Virus record (IMG/VR): IMGVR_UViG_3300007351_000004
Direction: 5' to 3' (one strand)
Origin: a virus
DNA: 64,000 bases
Part shown: piece by piece, positions 59,181 to 64,000 of the stretch
Position numbering within the stretch: position 1 is the first letter of the stretch
Layout of the letters: each line of letters opens with the position of its first letter
Position numbers and translations under genes: made by a program
The notes under the pieces: generated by a model
Databases searched by the model: none
What the model was told of the DNA's origin: nothing
Seen by the model: only the letters and a program-made list of their open reading frames with translations

Positions 59181-60350
59181 CTTATTCTGCTGAATATAGT
59201 CCCACATCCGAATTGCCGCTCGTTTGGTACCAAGCGGACAGTCCATTTGTTTAAAAGTGACCTGAAACCGCTTGGTATCGCCTACTTCTGCCAGATCTTG
59301 TAACTCATACGCCAGATGGGACGAAAAGTTGTCACACCCGCAAATTGCTTTGTCGGCTAGAGAGAGCGCGTAATAAACCAACAACCTTTCCAGGGTGTAA
59401 TCCATCTGCAATTCAGGTGTTTCTGAGTAAAGGTTTTTCTTACCGGCGCGATACCAGAATCTTGCGCGGAGCGGGGGATAAGTCAGAGTTGCATTTGTCC
59501 ACCCATCATCGTATGTGCCGGGCCAGTAGGCGACAAACCCCCTTCGGCTGTCCCTGACATTCAAATAGCCTGTCTGAGAAGTTTCTTCGGTACTGCAAAA
59601 ATCTGGCTCCATGTAAAATACGACCTGTTGACTGGGGTCATTGTAGACGCGGTAAACATCGGCGGCTGTTAAAAAGTTGGCATCGTCGTCACCGTCAACG
59701 GCATCCATTGGATCGTCAGGAGGCGGCATACGGTACAGCAAGTTCTCTAGAACACACTGTTCTCGTTTGAACGTAATGGTGCCCGCGTCGAGATCTACAT
59801 CAACAGGTCGTATCTCCCATTGTACCGCCGCTTCATAGCCAGGGTAAAACACGCGCACTTCCTGACGATCTTCAATAGTAGATAAGTCTACTGTAATAGT
59901 CGCAGTTTCAAAATACCCATCTGAATCTTCATCTGTGTAAGATATAGCTGCGTCACCTTCAATTAACGAAGTGGCGCGGATACCGCCTTCGATAACGTGT
60001 CCCCAACGGGTTAGAATCGACTTGCGCATCCCTCTGGAGTTGTAATAAGACGGCACTTCGACCCGCACAAACTGAGTCAATTGATGCTCTTCTTCCTCTA
60101 CCCAACGCGGCATCGGCCAGTAACCTAAATATTTGGCAACTGTCTCTTCGGCAACCGCCAGCAGACGCGCCAGATCTTCGCGTGAGAATCGGTCGGCGCG
60201 CTGGTAAGCCTCCTGAAACCAGACTCCGTCGCAGTAGGACTCATCGTGGATGTATTGGCTCCGCACACCATTAAAGTGCAGTGGAGAAATACCTAAAACT
60301 TCAGCCGCCCGATCCAGCGGTAGAAGAGTCGGCGTCTTCGCTAGTGCCAT
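59151..60350 (-). CDS. Head-tail adaptor/neck protein (probable)
   Basis: 399 aa upstream of tail genes; VAKYLGY, ARFWYRAG, ERLLVYYAL adaptor-like motifs. Confidence 0.55.
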   Translation of the reverse strand: MALAKTPTLLPLDRAAEVLGISPLHFNGVRSQYIHDESYCDGVWFQEAYQRADRFSREDLARLLAVAEETVAKYLGYWPMPRWVEEEEHQLTQFVRVEVPSYYNSRGMRKSILTRWGHVIEGGIRATSLIEGDAAISYTDEDSDGYFETATITVDLSTIEDRQEVRVFYPGYEAAVQWEIRPVDVDLDAGTITFKREQCVLENLLYRMPPPDDPMDAVDGDDDANFLTAADVYRVYNDPSQQVVFYMEPDFCSTEETSQTGYLNVRDSRRGFVAYWPGTYDDGWTNATLTYPPLRARFWYRAGKKNLYSETPELQMDYTLERLLVYYALSLADKAICGCDNFSSHLAYELQDLAEVGDTKRFQVTFKQMDCPLGTKRAAIRMWDYIQQNKLGGSLRKGV

Positions 60351-60816
60351 TGGGCAACTCCTGAATTAAACTCTCGACGCGATCAATTGTATTTTGAAGC
60401 ATCGTGCGAAGTTCATCATACTCGCGCTGGTTACTGCCGCGCATGTCACTCATAGAACTTGAGATTTTATTGACGCCCACTAGAATTTGATTGATCGCAT
60501 CTTTCATTTCAGCATTAGATTGTGTAAGGCTATCTTTTAACTCGTTGTGCGACACGGCAAATCGACTGAATGCCTCAGTGTTATTGTCTATGGCTTTTTT
60601 AATATCGGACAAGGTTCCCCCAATGAGATCGATTAAGTTTTTCTGCCGTTCGTTATCGGCATCGATATCGCTTTGTTCGCGATGAATAACCTGACGATAG
60701 AATCGGAAAGTAAGGATGCGATCAAGCATGAACGCAAGCAGTAAAAGTCCAATGAAACCCCAGGCTGCAGGGTTTTCAATGAACTTGAAAAACATATCAT
60801 CAATTGACGCCAGCAT
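60301..60816 (-). CDS. Membrane-anchored coiled-coil protein
   Basis: N-terminal TM, long heptad region. Confidence 0.6.
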   Translation of the reverse strand: MLASIDDMFFKFIENPAAWGFIGLLLLAFMLDRILTFRFYRQVIHREQSDIDADNERQKNLIDLIGGTLSDIKKAIDNNTEAFSRFAVSHNELKDSLTQSNAEMKDAINQILVGVNKISSSMSDMRGSNQREYDELRTMLQNTIDRVESLIQELPNGTSEDADSSTAGSGG

Positions 60817-60822
60817 AGAGGA

Positions 60823-61098
60823 TCATCCCTTCTCTTCAATCTCCCGTATTAAGATTGCTCCGGCACTGACGGCACACACCCACACCAAAATCGGGAAATA
60901 AACGTAGAGAATAATGGCTAACCCCGCACACCATACGCTCAGACACCAAAAACAACTGAAAAGGCTTCCCAGAAAGTTGTCTGGATAACTTAAACCGTCA
61001 TACCCAATGAGTCGGCGTAGTGGCTCGGCTATGCGTTCGCGGTGAACGATAGATGTTATCCGATAACACGCCAGACTCAGGAGCAGTAGATCAAACAT
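60823..61098 (-). CDS. DUF1360-like small membrane protein
   Basis: LACYRIT...PLR...LFSCFWCLSVW. Confidence 0.6.
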   Translation of the reverse strand: MFDLLLLSLACYRITSIVHRERIAEPLRRLIGYDGLSYPDNFLGSLFSCFWCLSVWCAGLAIILYVYFPILVWVCAVSAGAILIREIEEKG

Positions 61099-63853
61099 TT
61101 AACGCTTCGCGGATAGCGGCTAACCGAGACGGACCGATTCCTCGAATTTTCAACAGCGATCCGTCATTCATCAACCGGAGTTGTTCAATCGTTGTAATGC
61201 CTTCTTTGCGCAGTCTTGCGATCAAATCCCCATCGATATCGAGGTTTTCAATCGAGCGCGGCGGCACGACAACTTTTTCAGCTACAATGACTGGCTCATC
61301 CGAAGGCGGAATTTCGTTTTGAATAGTTTCTCGATGTACCCTAAATTCGCTCGGTCGGCTCAGAAAACGATCCGCTTCGGCTTTGTAAATGTCAAAGATA
61401 CGCTGAGTGGCGCTGTAGGTATAATAGTGTCCGCGCCGGACGTGACTCGGAATCCGACGCTTGTTAAGCCCCGGTCCAATATACTCAACCGTAATCTGCT
61501 CGTCGTTAGAAGACACGAGTGTTCGTTTAGCCTCTTTGACAATCAAATCATTTCGCTTAGAACATCCTTGACAACCCATACGTCCTCCATAGAGATCCTT
61601 ATGTCGCCCTGTTATATATTTTAACAGAGTTTTCTTATTAGCAAAATCCTTATCTCGATTTAAGCCCAGTCTATACCGATAAGTGAACAGGGGGTGAGGG
61701 ATGCGACTGCCACAAATACAGTTTTCCAGTAATTTAAGATGAAAATCCCAATCTTCCCACCCAGGCGCGTCCTCGCTAAATCCACCCACCTTCTTCCAAT
61801 CTTCTTTCCAGTATAAGCCGATCACCGGACCTAAAGACTGCAGTTTAAGTTGTTCTGGATCCCACGATTTCGCGTGTTCGCGGTAGACTTTCTCCCCATC
61901 ATCCGCCCACCAATCCGAGTATAAATACCCATCCGTTTCCAGAGAGGCTTGATAGAGCGTCATCAACATATGCGGCTGCATATAATCGTCCGCATCCAAC
62001 AGAACCACCCGCTCACAACTGGCGTGCTCAAAGCCTACGTTACGAGCGTGAGCCGTGCCTTGCTTGCCGCCATCGACAACTTTCACAAACGGAAATCCAG
62101 GCAAAGTCAGGGGTTTTCCGGTATCATTGACAACGATACATTCCCACTCTTTAAGGGTTTGTCCTACTAAAGAGTCTAAAGCGTCCTGCAAGAAAGGAAC
62201 GTGCAGCGGTCCAACTGGAATCACTACTGAGATCAAAGGAGGACCGTAAGACCACACCGGACCACCAACTCCGAAAGGTACCAGGTGTTCGTATGTCGCC
62301 CAGGTGAACCACGAGATCCAGTTTGGCTCCGATTCAGTGTGACTCATCGAAGAAGATCGATTTCTGTAAATAAGAGTCGGCGCTTCGGTAACTTTACTTG
62401 GAATGAATCCGTAAGAAAAGGCTCGCGTCCAGAAATCCGCGTCTTCTGCCGATCTCATCCGCCTCCGATAACCTCCGGTGCGCTCCCAGACTTCTCTACG
62501 ATAGAGAGACGCATAAGGAATCTGATTTCTTTTTTTAATCTGCTCGGAAAAGCTCACGGTTTTAGCATTAGGCCACTTAGACACCCAGCGGTGTCCGTTT
62601 TCCTCAATAAGCTCCATCGAGCCGGTGACGATATCCAACTGAGGATTTTGATCGAGCGCCCTAACCAATCTCCCCAAAGCGTCCTCGCCCAACATATCGT
62701 CGGCATCCAGCGGAATAACATACTTTCCGGTTGAATTTTGAATGCCTATATTTCGAGCTTCGGCTAGATAAACATTCTTGGGATTGTGGATGACTTTGAA
62801 ACGATCATCTTCTTGCGCAAACGCTTCGGCTATTGCTCCACAGGTGTCGGGGGAGTTGTCGTTGACGACGATACACTCCCAGTCTTTGAATTTTTGATCC
62901 TTGACCGATTGCAGGGCGTCTGGTAGATATTGATCCAGGTTATAAGCCGTGACCACAACGCTAACTGTTGGTCCGTAGTCGATGGCGAGGGCTTGCTGGT
63001 AGGCGCGTAGGTAGCTTTGAATAACACGTTCCCATCTCCAATTCTCTAGTACATCTTGACGAGCGTTTGCTCCTAGTTCGTCTTGATGATCCAAACAATA
63101 ATGTAATCCATCTAACAGATCATCATAATTTCCGTATTCAGCCAGATAGCCTGTTACCCCGTGTCGAACGATCTCTCGCTGTCCACCGTAGTTCCACCCC
63201 AAGACAGGTGTAGCACACGCCATCGCTTCGAGTGTCCCAACCCCCAACGTCTCTCTAGAGGTTGCCAGATACACGCCCGCATTTTGAATATAAGATTTCA
63301 TCTTCTCATACGAGAGTTTACCCGTCAGCGTGACGTTAGATGTCTTCTCCCCGAAAGTTGACACAAACGGAACAGACGAATCCAGAAAAGCCAGTCGATT
63401 CATGGGTGCTGGATCGCAGACCGTATCAACGCGATTTTTATTCCACAACACGTAGTTTTTACTTTTGCCGGGAGTCCAATCTTCAACATCGATACCGTGA
63501 TAACATACGACTGGATCGATCAGCATTCCCCGCCGCACAGCATTCGCCACCCACTCAGACGGGGCGGTGACTGCTTTGGCGCTTTTCATGCTCTTAATCA
63601 GAGAATCATTAACCTGTAAATACCACTTGGGCCAGTCATACTCTGCCCAATACAGTCCGTGTAGACTCAATACCAATGTATCGTGATCGACAAAGGATGT
63701 AGCGTGACAGTTAGCAACATCTGCTTCGCCGGGTGTATCAACAAACTCTACGCCAAACTCAGGTAGATATTTTCTTTGTGCCTCCACCACACGGCGAATA
63801 CCGCCATCACCTTTGTCGGGCTTATCAAACGAAGGGTTAAGATAGACCTTCAT
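61091..63853 (-). CDS. Multidomain glycosyltransferase: GT4 + GT2 + GT2 + C-terminal HhH domain
   Basis: ETLGVGTLEAMAC (GT4); two VSVV/I...DALxS...ECIVVND...LDADD units (GT2); LLKIRGIGPSRL HhH. Confidence 0.88.
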   Translation of the reverse strand: MKVYLNPSFDKPDKGDGGIRRVVEAQRKYLPEFGVEFVDTPGEADVANCHATSFVDHDTLVLSLHGLYWAEYDWPKWYLQVNDSLIKSMKSAKAVTAPSEWVANAVRRGMLIDPVVCYHGIDVEDWTPGKSKNYVLWNKNRVDTVCDPAPMNRLAFLDSSVPFVSTFGEKTSNVTLTGKLSYEKMKSYIQNAGVYLATSRETLGVGTLEAMACATPVLGWNYGGQREIVRHGVTGYLAEYGNYDDLLDGLHYCLDHQDELGANARQDVLENWRWERVIQSYLRAYQQALAIDYGPTVSVVVTAYNLDQYLPDALQSVKDQKFKDWECIVVNDNSPDTCGAIAEAFAQEDDRFKVIHNPKNVYLAEARNIGIQNSTGKYVIPLDADDMLGEDALGRLVRALDQNPQLDIVTGSMELIEENGHRWVSKWPNAKTVSFSEQIKKRNQIPYASLYRREVWERTGGYRRRMRSAEDADFWTRAFSYGFIPSKVTEAPTLIYRNRSSSMSHTESEPNWISWFTWATYEHLVPFGVGGPVWSYGPPLISVVIPVGPLHVPFLQDALDSLVGQTLKEWECIVVNDTGKPLTLPGFPFVKVVDGGKQGTAHARNVGFEHASCERVVLLDADDYMQPHMLMTLYQASLETDGYLYSDWWADDGEKVYREHAKSWDPEQLKLQSLGPVIGLYWKEDWKKVGGFSEDAPGWEDWDFHLKLLENCICGSRIPHPLFTYRYRLGLNRDKDFANKKTLLKYITGRHKDLYGGRMGCQGCSKRNDLIVKEAKRTLVSSNDEQITVEYIGPGLNKRRIPSHVRRGHYYTYSATQRIFDIYKAEADRFLSRPSEFRVHRETIQNEIPPSDEPVIVAEKVVVPPRSIENLDIDGDLIARLRKEGITTIEQLRLMNDGSLLKIRGIGPSRLAAIREALNV

Positions 63854-64000
63854 CCAGATCTCCTAGTTGTGCCTTCATCTCTTCAAACATCTCTCGGTAA
63901 GATTTATCAATCGTTTCACTGTACAGCGTTCGATCTAACTTTGGATCTTCGACAGGAATAATCTCTTTCTCCCACCCGTAAACTTCGTTGGCTAGAACCA
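63837..64000 (-). CDS. C-terminal fragment of the upstream gene
   Basis: Open frame ...VLANEVYGWEKEII...DEGLS*, overlapping the GT start. Confidence 0.55.
   Translation of the reverse strand, partial: VLANEVYGWEKEIIPVEDPKLDRTLYSETIDKSYREMFEEMKAQLGDLDEGLS

Larger units (their letters stand above)
1..64000. mobile_element. Tailed bacteriophage genome segment (siphovirus morphotype, probably temperate)
   Basis: Terminase, tape measure, Dit/Tal-like and tail tube genes, primase/DnaB/PolA, tyrosine recombinase, dense small ORFs; no host housekeeping genes. Confidence 0.95.

Noticed and set aside
833-63570. Most opposite-strand ORFs in the supplied track (e.g. 833-1168, 4381-5686, 53174-56134, 57739-58365, 61181-63361)
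   Set aside because: Antisense shadows of well-supported genes, with no RBS or motifs

Overview
The whole window is a tailed dsDNA bacteriophage (siphovirus-like, probably temperate); no host chromosomal genes are recognisable. Layout: (i) minus-strand arm 1-19.1 kb with terminase large (partial) and small subunits, a holin-like gene, many small ORFs, a metallophosphoesterase, GT2, radical SAM enzyme, tRNA-Arg(UCU), a pyrimidine-dimer glycosylase and three DNA methyltransferases; (ii) a divergent control region at 19.1-19.7 kb and a plus-strand early-like cassette (19.7-23.4 kb) bracketed by clusters of GAAC-N4-GTTC LexA-type boxes; (iii) plus-strand middle/replication genes 24-48 kb (Fic, RNase H, DEDDh exonuclease, primase, DnaB, family A polymerase, a fourth MTase, RelE-like protein, tyrosine recombinase followed by repeat-punctuated small ORFs); (iv) minus-strand tail/neck module 48.4-64 kb including a three-domain glycosyltransferase. 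The most striking element is a promoter-driven non-coding RNA operon at 33.37-34.07 kb. It holds an 88-nt tmRNA reduced to its tRNA-like domain, a tRNA-Thr, and a near-perfect copy of the 58-nt L11-binding GTPase-associated centre of 23S rRNA split after the U1090-equivalent by a 313-nt highly structured insert. All protein calls come from motif recognition by eye, without database searches. The host is unknown; the LexA box type suggests Chloroflexota, Bacillota or Actinomycetota.
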